Counted from the first letter of the stretch, positions 45,620-55,282 are shown. The stretch: 64,000 bases of DNA from Christensenellales bacterium (GCA_045114775.1 JBGULC010000044.1:68264-132263); one strand, 5' to 3'. Numbers and translations are program-made. Notes: generated from the letters alone by a model not told the origin.

Positions 45620-46543
45620 TCAGTTTACCGCCTTTCTGAGATTCTCAAGGTTCTGCCGCATCAGGTCGAGATATCCGACGCCCGCGTCGAACTCCTCGCG
45701 GCTCACGTTGTGACACGAATGCAGCGAAAGTACGCCGCAGCCGGTCGCTTCGGCGATCGTCTTTGCGATGCGTCCGTCCGAAAACTCGATCGTGAACACA
45801 TACGGAAGGTTTTCCGCCTTCACGCGGTCGATCAGAAACGAGACGGTGCTCAGCGCGACCTCCTCGTTCGACGAACAGCCGGGCAGCGCCGCGTAATACG
45901 CGAGGCCGAGCTCGTCGCAAAGATAGCGGAACGGGAACCGCTCGGCGAACACGACCGTTTTGCGCTTCGCGTCCCGCATGAGCTCGTGAAACTCGTCGTC
46001 GAGCGACTGAAGCTCCGCGATGTACGCCTCGGCGTTCGCCCGCATGGCGTCCGCTTCTTCCGGCAGAATCCCGCACAGCGCGTCCGTGAGGCCTTGGACG
46101 ATGCGGATCGCGTTCTTCGGGCTCGTCCATACGTGCTCGTCCGGCTCCGGCTCGTCCTCCGCCTCCCCCTGCATGCCCTCGACCCGCTCCTCGTCGAGCG
46201 TGTCGCAAAGCGCCGTCAGCGCGACGGCGTTCAGGTCCATGCCGTTTGTGCGGAGAAGATCCGCGACCCAGCGGTCGGTCTCGCCGCCGACGTACACGAA
46301 AAGGTCGGCTTTGAGGATCCCGGACATCTCTTTGAGTGACGGATCGTAGCCGTGGACCTCACCGCCGGGCGCGCAGAGCATAGTGAGCTCCACGCGATCG
46401 CCCGCGATGCGCCGGATAAAATCATACTGCGGAAAGATCGTGCAGACGACCTTGGGCCTGTTGCTTTCGGCGTTCGGCGTACCGCAGGCAAGCGCGCACA
46501 AAAGCAGCGCGAATGCAAGCGCAAGCGTACTGAACCGTTTCAT
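45620..46543 (-). CDS. Metal ABC transporter substrate-binding lipoprotein (ZnuA/TroA family)
   Basis: True start is MKRFSTLALAF at 46543. Lipobox ALACG. Acidic loop EGMQGEAEDEPEPDEH. ATGA overlap with the upstream gene. Confidence 0.85.
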   Translation of the reverse strand: MKRFSTLALAFALLLCALACGTPNAESNRPKVVCTIFPQYDFIRRIAGDRVELTMLCAPGGEVHGYDPSLKEMSGILKADLFVYVGGETDRWVADLLRTNGMDLNAVALTALCDTLDEERVEGMQGEAEDEPEPDEHVWTSPKNAIRIVQGLTDALCGILPEEADAMRANAEAYIAELQSLDDEFHELMRDAKRKTVVFAERFPFRYLCDELGLAYYAALPGCSSNEEVALSTVSFLIDRVKAENLPYVFTIEFSDGRIAKTIAEATGCGVLSLHSCHNVSREEFDAGVGYLDLMRQNLENLRKAVN

Positions 46544-47709
46544 TTCGTTCCTTTCTTTCCGTGCGTCAGAAGCGCGGCGACCGGCGCGCGATGCACCCGC
46601 ATGGCGCCGATCGGGCAGAATTCCTGACAGCAGAAGCATTTGATGCAGTGTTTGCGGTCGATGACCGCTTTTTTGTCGATGATCGAGATCGTGTGCGCGG
46701 GACAGATATCGCGGCACTTGCCGCAGCCGACGCACGCGTGCTTTTTCACCCTCGGTCGGGATTCGAGACACAGGTTCATCGCGCCGCGGACCGTTTTGCC
46801 GAAAAGGTTGTCCCCGCCGACGAACAGATGCGAATTGCGGTTTCGGATGATCTCAAAATCCTTTTGCAGAAACGCCCGATAGTCCCCCGCGACCGAAAGC
46901 CCCTCGACCGAATCCGGGCAAAGTCCGCGCCGGATCGCCGCCGCGAGCGTCGGAACGTCCTTGGGCGTGAGGCCTATGAGCGTCGCCGCGAGCACGTCCA
47001 GACAGTGCGGATCCTTCGACGCCAGAAGACAGCCGATCTGCTTCGGCGTGCCCTGCGTGGGACCGTTGCCTTCCATGGCAAGAACCGCGTCGCAGAGGTT
47101 CAGGACCGGGCGGAAATACTCGTCGAGGTCGACAAGCATATCCGCAAAATCGTTCGGGTTCGGAAAGCGGTAGTGATACTCGGGCTTCATCGTGCCGGGG
47201 ATCGTGCCGAACAGATTCTTCGCCGCGCAGGAAAGCGACATCATGCCGTGCGATTTAAGCTTGCAGAAATTGACGATCGCGTCGCAGCCGTCGATCCAGC
47301 CGGTATAGGTGAAGCGCTTCGCCTGCACCGCGTCGGGCGAAAAGCCGTCCTTTTCGGAGAAATCGTGATTCAGTTCGGCGCCGGCCTCCTCCGCCTCGGT
47401 GAGTCCGACGGCCGCGTAAACGCGGTTCAGCACCGCGGCGTTATAGAGGTTGCCCGGGCTGTCGCCGATCACGACTGAGGCGCCGCGCGCCTTGAGCATG
47501 CGCGTCAGCGCCGCGAGCAGCGCCGGATGCGTGGTGACCGCCTTGTCGGGCTTCGCCGCGGCAACGAGGTTCGCCTTGATCCCGATCCGCATGCCGGGAC
47601 GGACCCAATCGAGCCCGCCGAGCGGCGCGAGGACGGTTTTCAGCGCTTCTTCGCAGGTCTCCCGTTCATAATCCGCGCACGGGGCGACGGAAACAAGCTC
47701 GTTACGCAT
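46540..47709 (-). CDS. DUF362-domain protein with C-terminal 2x[4Fe-4S] ferredoxin domain
   Basis: The DUF362 body is followed by CVGCGKCRDICP and CIKCFCCQEFCP. The start at 47709 overlaps the nfo stop by 8 nt. Confidence 0.75.
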   Translation of the reverse strand: MRNELVSVAPCADYERETCEEALKTVLAPLGGLDWVRPGMRIGIKANLVAAAKPDKAVTTHPALLAALTRMLKARGASVVIGDSPGNLYNAAVLNRVYAAVGLTEAEEAGAELNHDFSEKDGFSPDAVQAKRFTYTGWIDGCDAIVNFCKLKSHGMMSLSCAAKNLFGTIPGTMKPEYHYRFPNPNDFADMLVDLDEYFRPVLNLCDAVLAMEGNGPTQGTPKQIGCLLASKDPHCLDVLAATLIGLTPKDVPTLAAAIRRGLCPDSVEGLSVAGDYRAFLQKDFEIIRNRNSHLFVGGDNLFGKTVRGAMNLCLESRPRVKKHACVGCGKCRDICPAHTISIIDKKAVIDRKHCIKCFCCQEFCPIGAMRVHRAPVAALLTHGKKGTK

Positions 47710-48538
47710 TGCATAGCCCCCGTACGAGCCGGATCTCTTCGGCGTATTCTTCAAGCTTTTCGTGCGGCGTTTCAAGGCAATACGGGAGGTCCTTAAGCGC
47801 CGGATGGTTCACGATGCGGCGGAAGGCGTCGAGCCCGATGTTCCCCTCGCCGATCGCGGCGTGGCGGTCCTTGTGCTCGCCGAGACCGAACTTGGAATCA
47901 TTGAGATGGATGAACCGGAGCCGGTCGAGCCCGATCACGCGGTCGAACGCGGTCACCACGCCGTCGAGGTCGTGCACAAGATCATAGCCCGCCGCGAAGA
48001 CGTGGCAGGTGTCGAGACAGACGCCGACGCGATCGTTTCGCGCCACGCCGTCGATGATCGCGCGGACCGCTTCGAACGTGCCGCCGATCTCACTGCCCTG
48101 CCCCGCCATCGTTTCAATCAGAACGGTCGTGTCGGTATCATCGTCCAGAATGCGGTTTAAGAGTGCCGTTGTCTTTTCGATGCCTACGCTCTCGCCCTGT
48201 CCGACGTGCGAACCGGGATGGAAGTTATAAAAGGGCGTGCGCATCGCGGTGCAGCGGATGAGGTCCTCGCGCATGGCAAGTTCGGCAAACTGCGCGGTCT
48301 CCGGCTTTTCGGCGCAGGGGTTCAGCGTATACGGCGCATGCACGAGCACCGGCGCAAAGGCTTGCGCGCGAAGGTAGGCGGTCATGGCGTCCGCGTCGCT
48401 TTGATCCAGGACCTTCGCCTTGCCGCCGCGGGGATTGCGCGAAAAGAACTGGAATGTGTCCGCGCCGAGCTCCGACGCGGTTTTTGCCATTATAAGAAGG
48501 CCGTTCGACGGCGACAGATGACAGCCGATGTGCAGCAT
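47702..48538 (-). CDS. nfo: Deoxyribonuclease IV (endonuclease IV)
   Basis: The HAPY, ETMAGQG, CLDTCH and IHLNDSK blocks match the Nfo TIM barrel. ATG at 48538 behind GGAGGAA. Confidence 0.9.
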   Translation of the reverse strand: MLHIGCHLSPSNGLLIMAKTASELGADTFQFFSRNPRGGKAKVLDQSDADAMTAYLRAQAFAPVLVHAPYTLNPCAEKPETAQFAELAMREDLIRCTAMRTPFYNFHPGSHVGQGESVGIEKTTALLNRILDDDTDTTVLIETMAGQGSEIGGTFEAVRAIIDGVARNDRVGVCLDTCHVFAAGYDLVHDLDGVVTAFDRVIGLDRLRFIHLNDSKFGLGEHKDRHAAIGEGNIGLDAFRRIVNHPALKDLPYCLETPHEKLEEYAEEIRLVRGLCNA

Positions 48539-48577
48539 GATTCCTCCAAAGCCCATAATCATCCATGTTAATCATGT

Positions 48578-48606
48578 ATTGTAGCACAGATCATTCACGC
48601 GTGCAA
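48578..48606 (-). promoter_or_regulatory. Sigma-A-type promoter of the nfo / DUF362 / metal ABC operon
   Basis: Minus strand TTGCAC-17 nt-TACAAT. Confidence 0.55.
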
Positions 48607-48873
48607 GGTCCATTCCTACCCGCAAGGGCAATTCATTCATCCGCGAAAAGCGTTCCGCTCTTCTGCGTGTACACCTCATCCGCCTTCGCTCACGCTGCGG
48701 CGTACACACTCCGCTTCGCTCCGTTTCAGCGGTGCCGTCGCGCGCTCCCCGCGCGTCGCCTTCTCTTCCCCTCAAGGGGAAGGCTTTTGGCTGCGCTGCG
48801 GTCTTGTCTCCCTTGTGCAAGGGGAGGTGGGTGAACGAAGTGAACCCGGAAGGGTTGTCGATCGGATAACACG

Positions 48874-48902
48874 TTGACGCGATCCCGATTTTCGCGTATA
48901 CT
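48874..48902 (+). promoter_or_regulatory. Sigma-A-type promoter of the U32 peptidase gene
   Basis: TTGACG-17 nt-TATACT, 28 nt before the ATG. Confidence 0.6.
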
Positions 48903-48929
48903 GTGCATATCAAAATCTTCGGAGGCATT

Positions 48930-50120
48930 ATGACGGAACTACTTGCTCCCGCGGGATCCATGGAGGCGCTCAGAGCGGCGCTGCGGTTCGGCGCGGACGC
49001 AGTGTATCTCGGCGGCCCGATGCTGCAGCTCAGGGCGAACAGCGCGGGCTTTACGTTCGACGATATCGCGGAGGCGGCAAAACTTGTCCACGCGGGCGGA
49101 AAGCGGCTCTATGTGACGGTCAACGCGCTTGCGAACTGCGGCGAGATCGACGCGCTGCCGGCGTATGCGAATACCCTGTACGACTGCGGCGCGGACGCGG
49201 CGATCGTTTCGGATCTCGGCGTGCTGACCACGATCCGAAAGGCCTGCCCGAAGCTCGAGCTGCATGTTTCGACGCAGGCAAGCTGCATGAACCACGCCGC
49301 GGCGCGGACGTGGTACGAACTCGGCGCAAAGCGCGTCGTGCTCGCCCGCGAGATGACGGTCGACGAGATCCGCAAACTCAAAAAGAACATCCCGGACGAT
49401 CTCGAGCTTGAAGCGTTTATCCACGGCGCGATGTGCATGGCGTACTCCGGGCGGTGTCTGCTCTCCTCCGCCATCCTCGGCAGGAGCGGCAACCGCGGCG
49501 ACTGCGCGCAGCCCTGCCGCTGGAAGTACGCGCTCGTTGAAGAGACGCGGCCGAACCAGAGCTTTCCGATCGTCGAGGAAGGCCAAACGAGCTATGTGCT
49601 TTCGAGCCGGGACCTCTGCTGCGCTTCGCTCGTCGGCGAACTTGTCGACGCGGGCGTGACCTCGCTGAAGATCGAAGGACGCATGAAGACGGAATACTAC
49701 GTGGCGGTCGTGACAAATGCGTATCGTAGGCTTTTGGACGGTACGATGACGCTTGCGGAGGCGAACCGGGAGCTTGATTCCGTGTCGCACCGCCCGTACA
49801 CGACCGGGTTCTATCACGGCGAGCTGCCCCAAGATCACAGCAACGCGGGCGTCTATACGCAGACGCACCGTTTCGTCGGGACCGTGCTCAATTACGAAAA
49901 CGGCGTCGCGACCGTCGAGCAGCGCAACCGGTTTACAAAGGGCGATGCGCTGGAGGTCGTTTCCCCGACCCTGACCGGCGCCGTTCTCAAAGCCGACGCG
50001 ATCACGGACGAAACCGGCGAGCCGGTTGAGATCGCAAACAAGGTGAAGCAGATCCTGAAAATACGTACCGACCTCCCGCTTGCGCCGGGCGATCTGCTTC
50101 GCAGAAGGGTCGAAGGCTGA
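48930..50120 (+). CDS. Peptidase U32 family protein
   Basis: ELLAPAGS..GADAVYLGG N-terminus and E..HGAMC..SGRCLLS block typical of U32. ATG at 48930 behind GGAGG. Confidence 0.85.
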   Translation: MTELLAPAGSMEALRAALRFGADAVYLGGPMLQLRANSAGFTFDDIAEAAKLVHAGGKRLYVTVNALANCGEIDALPAYANTLYDCGADAAIVSDLGVLTTIRKACPKLELHVSTQASCMNHAAARTWYELGAKRVVLAREMTVDEIRKLKKNIPDDLELEAFIHGAMCMAYSGRCLLSSAILGRSGNRGDCAQPCRWKYALVEETRPNQSFPIVEEGQTSYVLSSRDLCCASLVGELVDAGVTSLKIEGRMKTEYYVAVVTNAYRRLLDGTMTLAEANRELDSVSHRPYTTGFYHGELPQDHSNAGVYTQTHRFVGTVLNYENGVATVEQRNRFTKGDALEVVSPTLTGAVLKADAITDETGEPVEIANKVKQILKIRTDLPLAPGDLLRRRVEG

Positions 50121-50132
50121 TCATTCCGAATC

Positions 50133-50181
50133 AAAAGAGACTGTTCAAAAACGGATCTGCGTTTCGAACAGTCTCTTTTTT
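50133..50181. terminator. Bidirectional terminator
   Basis: 14-bp stem AAAAGAGACTGTTC/GAACAGTCTCTTTT between convergent genes. Confidence 0.8.
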
Positions 50182-50187
50182 CAGGCG

Positions 50188-50739
50188 CTACGGCTGCGCA
50201 GTCGTTTCCGGCGCGGGCGTATTGGTCACGATCTCGGTAAACGGCGCGGAGACCGTGATCTCGAAATTCATCAGTTGCACGTCGACCTCCGTATGCACGT
50301 CGGCATAGACGCGGTTGCGACCGGAAAATAGCTTCAGGCCCTCGCTGTCGGAATAGAAATCGCCGTAGCCGTACTTGATGCCGTCCTTATAGAACGTGAT
50401 GCGCAGTCCGCCGGAAAGCGCGCGCGGGTAGTTGTTCGTGACGGTCGCGTCGATCAGCGTTTCGCCGTTCTCCTCATAGACGCGCAGATCGTCGACGCTC
50501 ATATAGAACTGATAATAGTGATTCTGCGGATCGAGGATCGGGATCCCGTTCGCGTCGATCGTAAAGCCTTCGCCCTCGATCGGCGGTATCACGATCGGCT
50601 CCGGTACGGGCGTCGGCGCGGGCGTATAGAGCGGCGCGGGCGTCGGCGTCGTTTCCGGCAGATAGATGAGGTGCGCCTCCTGTGAGGTGCAGCCGAACGC
50701 GAAAAGCAGCGCGATCGACAGAAAGAGCAGCCGTTTCAT
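50188..50739 (-). CDS. Small secreted lipoprotein of unknown function
   Basis: Lipobox FAFGC, Pro/Thr linker. Begins 2 nt after the stop of the Lgt-like gene. Confidence 0.6.
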   Translation of the reverse strand: MKRLLFLSIALLFAFGCTSQEAHLIYLPETTPTPAPLYTPAPTPVPEPIVIPPIEGEGFTIDANGIPILDPQNHYYQFYMSVDDLRVYEENGETLIDATVTNNYPRALSGGLRITFYKDGIKYGYGDFYSDSEGLKLFSGRNRVYADVHTEVDVQLMNFEITVSAPFTEIVTNTPAPETTAQP

Positions 50740-50741
50740 GG

Positions 50742-51725
50742 CTATTCGTCCCCGCCGTCGCCGCCGTCCGAATCCCCCTCGCCGCCGTCGGAATCTTCCC
50801 CGTCGACGTCGTTTCCGATCACACCGTCAAACTCATTCTGCGCTTCTCCGAACTCCGAAGTCTCTGCGACCTCAGGCGCGTCGGGCATTTTCAGATCTTC
50901 CGGCGGTTCCGGCTCGGTTTCCGGATCGTGCAGGTCCGCTTTTGCGGATCGATCGGCGTTTTTACGCGTGCGGTACAGCGACAGCGCGACGAAGAACAGA
51001 AGAAGCACGATCAGAATGATCTGATTGAAGCGGACGTCGCCGAAGATGATCTGACGCGTGCTGCCGTCGCGCAGCCACTCAAGGATGAATTCCGCAAACA
51101 GGTAAACGATGACGGTGATCATCGCCGTTCTGCCCTTGGGGAGTTTTTTCGGCAGCAGCAATGCGGCGGTGCCGAGTCCCGCGCAGATCAGAAAATCGAG
51201 GAAGAACACGCTGTACGCCACGCTCCGATGATCGGTGAAATACTCTCTTGTGAACGTGACGAGCGGGAAGAACTTCGGGACGGATTCGCCGGCAAGCGCG
51301 CCGACGCCGTCGCAGAGGAAGAAATCCGACCACCGGCCGACCGCAAGGCCGAAGAACACGCCGGGCAGCAGGATCTCAAAGACCTCGTTCATATCCAGCT
51401 TTTTGATCCATGCGTAGACCGTGATCGCAGCGCCGGAGAACAGCAGCGCGCCTGGCAGGTTCAGGCCCGTATTCGCGAGCGAGAAAAACTGAGAAAAGGC
51501 GATCTTCCCGGACAGCGCGGCAAAAAGCCTTGCGCCGACAAGCCCCGCGAGGATCCCCGCAATGCAGGCGTCGAGCGCAAGATCCTTATATGCCTTGCGC
51601 TTTTTCACGAGGATCTCGGAAACGACGACAGCCGTTAAAATGCCGAGCGCGAGCATGATCGCGTTCCACGGGAGCACGAAGCTGCCGATGCTGAACGCCG
51701 TGTTGAATTGCTGATAGGATTCCAC
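50742..51725 (-). CDS. Prolipoprotein diacylglyceryl transferase (Lgt) family protein, divergent, with acidic C-terminal tail
   Basis: Blocks FSIGSFVLPW, GARLF, GLAVGRWSDFF and EFILEWLRDG align by eye with Lgt, but several catalytic positions differ. GTG start behind GGAGGAA. Confidence 0.5.
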   Translation of the reverse strand: MESYQQFNTAFSIGSFVLPWNAIMLALGILTAVVVSEILVKKRKAYKDLALDACIAGILAGLVGARLFAALSGKIAFSQFFSLANTGLNLPGALLFSGAAITVYAWIKKLDMNEVFEILLPGVFFGLAVGRWSDFFLCDGVGALAGESVPKFFPLVTFTREYFTDHRSVAYSVFFLDFLICAGLGTAALLLPKKLPKGRTAMITVIVYLFAEFILEWLRDGSTRQIIFGDVRFNQIILIVLLLFFVALSLYRTRKNADRSAKADLHDPETEPEPPEDLKMPDAPEVAETSEFGEAQNEFDGVIGNDVDGEDSDGGEGDSDGGDGGDE

Positions 51726-52016
51726 CGTTCATTCCTCCGTTTCCCGCGATCTTTTGCGAACGCGATCCTTCCGATGAGACCGCCCGCAAAACCCGTCGGC
51801 GGTCATGAAGCTTCCTTAGGAACACTATACTCCATTGAAGCGTCTTTATCAATAGTTTTATCAAAAGAAGCGGGAAAAGGATGCGCGGTTTTCGCGCCGA
51901 CGCCGGATCGGAAATGTGTCTGAAACGAAGGTCTCTGTCCCGGATACGGTGCGTCGGCGGCAGATCTTCGCCTGTTATTTCCATTTTATATTGTTGTCCG
52001 AATTTGGCGAAAGATG

Positions 52017-52045
52017 TTGAATTCGACGCCGGTATCGGTTATAAT
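52017..52045 (+). promoter_or_regulatory. Sigma-A-type promoter of the 11-gene lipid operon
   Basis: TTGAAT-17 nt-TATAAT. Confidence 0.65.
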
Positions 52046-52080
52046 GATAAATCATGATTTCGATTCTGTCGGAGAGTGCA

Positions 52081-54009
52081 ATGACGGATTATCATATCGG
52101 TTCCTATCGCAGCATCGACGCCTTTGTGCGCGACAAGCTCGGCGCCTTCAAAGAGGCCGGGTTTACGTTCCGTTCGCTCTTCGATCTGATGTTCCGCGAA
52201 GGGGACAACGTGCTTTGGGAGCGCAGCGAGGGCTACCGCATCCGCAAAACGACCTACGGCGAAGCGAAGACGCACATTCTGTCCCGCGCAGCCGCGCTGA
52301 AGGACGCGCTGAAGGGACTTCCCCACAATGCGGTCGTCGGGCTGTATCTCGACAACAGCCTCGACTGGATCGAGCTTTTCTGGGCGATCCTCGCCGCAGG
52401 GTTCCGTCCGCTTCTGATGAATCTGCGTCTGCCCGCGCCGCTTCTTTTGAGCGCCATGCGCACGGCGGACTGCCGGGCTGTCGTCGGCGACCGCGGCGAA
52501 TTCTCCTGCCCCGTGCTGCGGCCCGATGCGCTTTCCGTTGACGGCGCGCCGATCGAAGCGCAGCCGTTCGGCTCCGAGCTGCTCGTCATGTCCTCCGGCA
52601 CGACCGAGAACGTCAAGGTCTCGGCGTATTCCGCGGAGGAATTCTACTTCCAGATCTGCGACAGCTACGGCATCATCCGGGAGCAGCCGATGATCAAGCA
52701 GCACTACGAGGGCAATCTGAAGCTTCTGACGTTCCTGCCGTTTTACCACGTGTTCGGGCTGATCGCGATGTATATCTGGTTCGCGTTCTTCTCGCGCACG
52801 TTCGTGCAGCTCAACGATCTTGCGCCGTCGACGATCGTGAACACGGTCCGCCGCCACAAGGTCACGCACATCTTCGCCGTTCCGCTCTTCTGGGAGCGCG
52901 TATACGAACAGGCGAAAAAAGGGATCGCCGACCGGGGCGAAAAGACCGCGGCGAAGTTCGAACGCGCGCTTGCGCTTCAGCAAAAGCTGCCCGCGGCGCT
53001 CGGACGGGCGTTTGCGAAGGCGGCGTTTCGCGAGGTGCGCGAGAATCTGTTCGGCGAATCCGTGCTGTTCATGATCTCGGGCGGCAGCTTTCTGGATCCC
53101 GACGCGCACGCGTTTTTCAACGGGATCGGCTACCCGCTCGCGAACGGCTACGGCATGACCGAGATCGGCATCACCTCGGTCGAGCTTTCGTTCCAAAAGA
53201 AATACCTGCGATCCGGCAGCGTCGGAAAGCCGATGCACAGCGTCGAATACCGGATCAACGCGGACGGCGAGCTTGAGGTCAAGGGACTCGTCACCGCAAA
53301 ATACATCCTGACCGCGGACGGCATGACCGGGCGGCACGGCTGGTTCAACACGCACGATCTCGCTGCCTGCATCGACGGGCATTACCGGATCCTCGGCCGG
53401 ACGGACGATCTGATCGTCGGACCGGACGGCGAAAACCTGAACCCGAACGCGATCGAACCGCTCCTGAAAACCGACGGCGCCGAGGTCTGCCTGATCCCCT
53501 GCAGCGACGGCGGAAAGCCCGCGACCGTGCTGCTGTGCGGCGTGAACCGCATGACGACGAAGGAGACCGCGGAGCGCATCCTCGCTTCGCTCAGGGAACG
53601 GATCGAAGGTCTGCGTCTCTCCCCCGCGATCTCAAAGATCGCGCTCGTCGAGGGTCCGCTGATGAAGGCCGACGAATTCAAGCTGAACCGCATCCGGCTC
53701 CGGCGCGACTACGCCTCCGGCGCGCTGAAGCCGCTCGATCTTTCCCGGGAGCACGGGGACGAAGCGCTTGACGCGCTGACGGCGCGGGTCCGCGCGATCG
53801 TGGCGCAGGCGACGAACCGCGACGAAACGGAGATCGCGCCCGACGCCGATTTCTTCCTCGATCTCGGAGGCACGAGCCTCGACTGGTTCGCCATGCTGAC
53901 GCGTCTGCGCGACGAGTTCGGCGCTGCGTTCCCGCTCGAGGAAACGAACCTCAAAACCGTGCGGAGCATCGTCGGATACATCCGCGCGGAGAAAGGCGGT
54001 TCGCTTTGA
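52081..54009 (+). CDS. Fatty-acyl-AMP ligase / adenylation enzyme fused to a C-terminal carrier-protein (PP-binding) domain
   Basis: AMP-binding motifs SSGTTENVK and GWFNTHDL..GRTDD. C-terminal DLGGTSLDWF phosphopantetheine-site motif. The start is either 52081 (GGAGAG RBS) or 52054 (near-leaderless). Confidence 0.8.
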   Translation: MTDYHIGSYRSIDAFVRDKLGAFKEAGFTFRSLFDLMFREGDNVLWERSEGYRIRKTTYGEAKTHILSRAAALKDALKGLPHNAVVGLYLDNSLDWIELFWAILAAGFRPLLMNLRLPAPLLLSAMRTADCRAVVGDRGEFSCPVLRPDALSVDGAPIEAQPFGSELLVMSSGTTENVKVSAYSAEEFYFQICDSYGIIREQPMIKQHYEGNLKLLTFLPFYHVFGLIAMYIWFAFFSRTFVQLNDLAPSTIVNTVRRHKVTHIFAVPLFWERVYEQAKKGIADRGEKTAAKFERALALQQKLPAALGRAFAKAAFREVRENLFGESVLFMISGGSFLDPDAHAFFNGIGYPLANGYGMTEIGITSVELSFQKKYLRSGSVGKPMHSVEYRINADGELEVKGLVTAKYILTADGMTGRHGWFNTHDLAACIDGHYRILGRTDDLIVGPDGENLNPNAIEPLLKTDGAEVCLIPCSDGGKPATVLLCGVNRMTTKETAERILASLRERIEGLRLSPAISKIALVEGPLMKADEFKLNRIRLRRDYASGALKPLDLSREHGDEALDALTARVRAIVAQATNRDETEIAPDADFFLDLGGTSLDWFAMLTRLRDEFGAAFPLEETNLKTVRSIVGYIRAEKGGSL

Positions 54010-54647
54010 TCGCCGCGTTCAACTGGTTTGTGAAGATCACAGGCTGGCCGGTGCAGCTGCTGTGCTTCCGCACGAAGATCCTCTATGAGGACAAACGCGC
54101 GCAGGTGCGGCATATCAAGGGGCCCGCGATCGTCATTTCGAACCACACGTCGGTCTTTGACTACGCGGTGTACCTGTTCGTGTTTTTCAGCCGGACGCTG
54201 CGCTTTCAGATGGCCGAACTGCTGTTCGAAAAGCCCGGGCTCGGGCTGCTTCTGAAATGTCTCGGCGGGATCCGCGTCGACCGCGGCGCGCACGATTTCG
54301 GCTTTATGCCGAAGTCCGAACGGATCCTCGAACGCGGCGGCGTGGTCGGGATCTTCCCGGAAAGCCGCCTGCCGCTGCCCGGCGAGACGCGTCCGCTGCC
54401 CTTTAAGGTGAGCGCGGCGTATCTGGCGCTTACAAGCGGCGCGAAGATCGTTCCGGTCGTGACGAACGGCTCGTATTTCAGCCGGAAGCGCGCACGCGTG
54501 TTGATCGGCAAACCGCTGTACGCCGCCGATCTTCTGGAGGACGGCGCGGACGAGAACGAAAACCTCAGGATCGTTTCCGAACGGCTGAGAGAACGCATCA
54601 TGGAATTGGAGAAGCTGCTCAATGGAACAGAAACCGAAACGCGCTAA
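54006..54647 (+). CDS. Lysophospholipid/glycerolipid acyltransferase (PlsC/LPLAT family), copy 1
   Basis: HX4D motif NHTSVFD and FPESR block. TTG start overlapping the upstream stop (TTGA). Confidence 0.8.
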   Translation: MIAAFNWFVKITGWPVQLLCFRTKILYEDKRAQVRHIKGPAIVISNHTSVFDYAVYLFVFFSRTLRFQMAELLFEKPGLGLLLKCLGGIRVDRGAHDFGFMPKSERILERGGVVGIFPESRLPLPGETRPLPFKVSAAYLALTSGAKIVPVVTNGSYFSRKRARVLIGKPLYAADLLEDGADENENLRIVSERLRERIMELEKLLNGTETETR

Positions 54648-55278
54648 GCTGTTTTCGCTGCGATACCTCGTCTTCGACTTCGTCAAGGCGTCCGCGGCGA
54701 TCCCCGGCATGGTCTGGCTGAGGCCGCGCTGGCGGTTCGAGTCGAAGGCCGCGCGGAAGTTCATCCGCGGCGGCGCGCTCGTCATCGCGAATCACGCCGG
54801 ATTTTTCGATCCGATCAACGTGATGTTCGCGATCTGGTACCGGCGGCACCACTTCGTCTGCGGGCAGGAGTTCTTCGAATCGAAGGCCCGCTGGTGGTTC
54901 AAGCAGTTCATGTGCATCCCGATCGACCGGAAGAACTTCAATTTCGGCTCGCTCCGGGAGATCACCGACGAGCTCAAGGCGGGCTCACTCGTGTCCATCT
55001 TTCCGGAGGGGCACATCAACGACGGCAGCGGCGACCTTGCGGCGTTCAAGTCCGGTCCGGTGTTGATCGCACTGCAGGGCAAGGTCCCGATCATTCCGGT
55101 TTACGTGCGGCCCAAAAAGCGCTTCTGGAACCGCGTGACCTTCGTGATCGGCGAGCCGATCGACCTCTATCAGCGGTACGGCAGACGCCCGCCGATGTCC
55201 GAGATCGACGCGATCGCCGACGAGCTGCATCAAAAGGAAGAAGAATTAAAGCAAATCGCTTATCAAAAGAGGAGATAA
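54622..55278 (+). CDS. Lysophospholipid/glycerolipid acyltransferase (PlsC/LPLAT family), copy 2
   Basis: HX4D motif NHAGFFD and FPEGH block. 26-nt overlap with copy 1. Confidence 0.8.
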   Translation: MEQKPKRAKLFSLRYLVFDFVKASAAIPGMVWLRPRWRFESKAARKFIRGGALVIANHAGFFDPINVMFAIWYRRHHFVCGQEFFESKARWWFKQFMCIPIDRKNFNFGSLREITDELKAGSLVSIFPEGHINDGSGDLAAFKSGPVLIALQGKVPIIPVYVRPKKRFWNRVTFVIGEPIDLYQRYGRRPPMSEIDAIADELHQKEEELKQIAYQKRR

Positions 55279-55282
55279 CACT

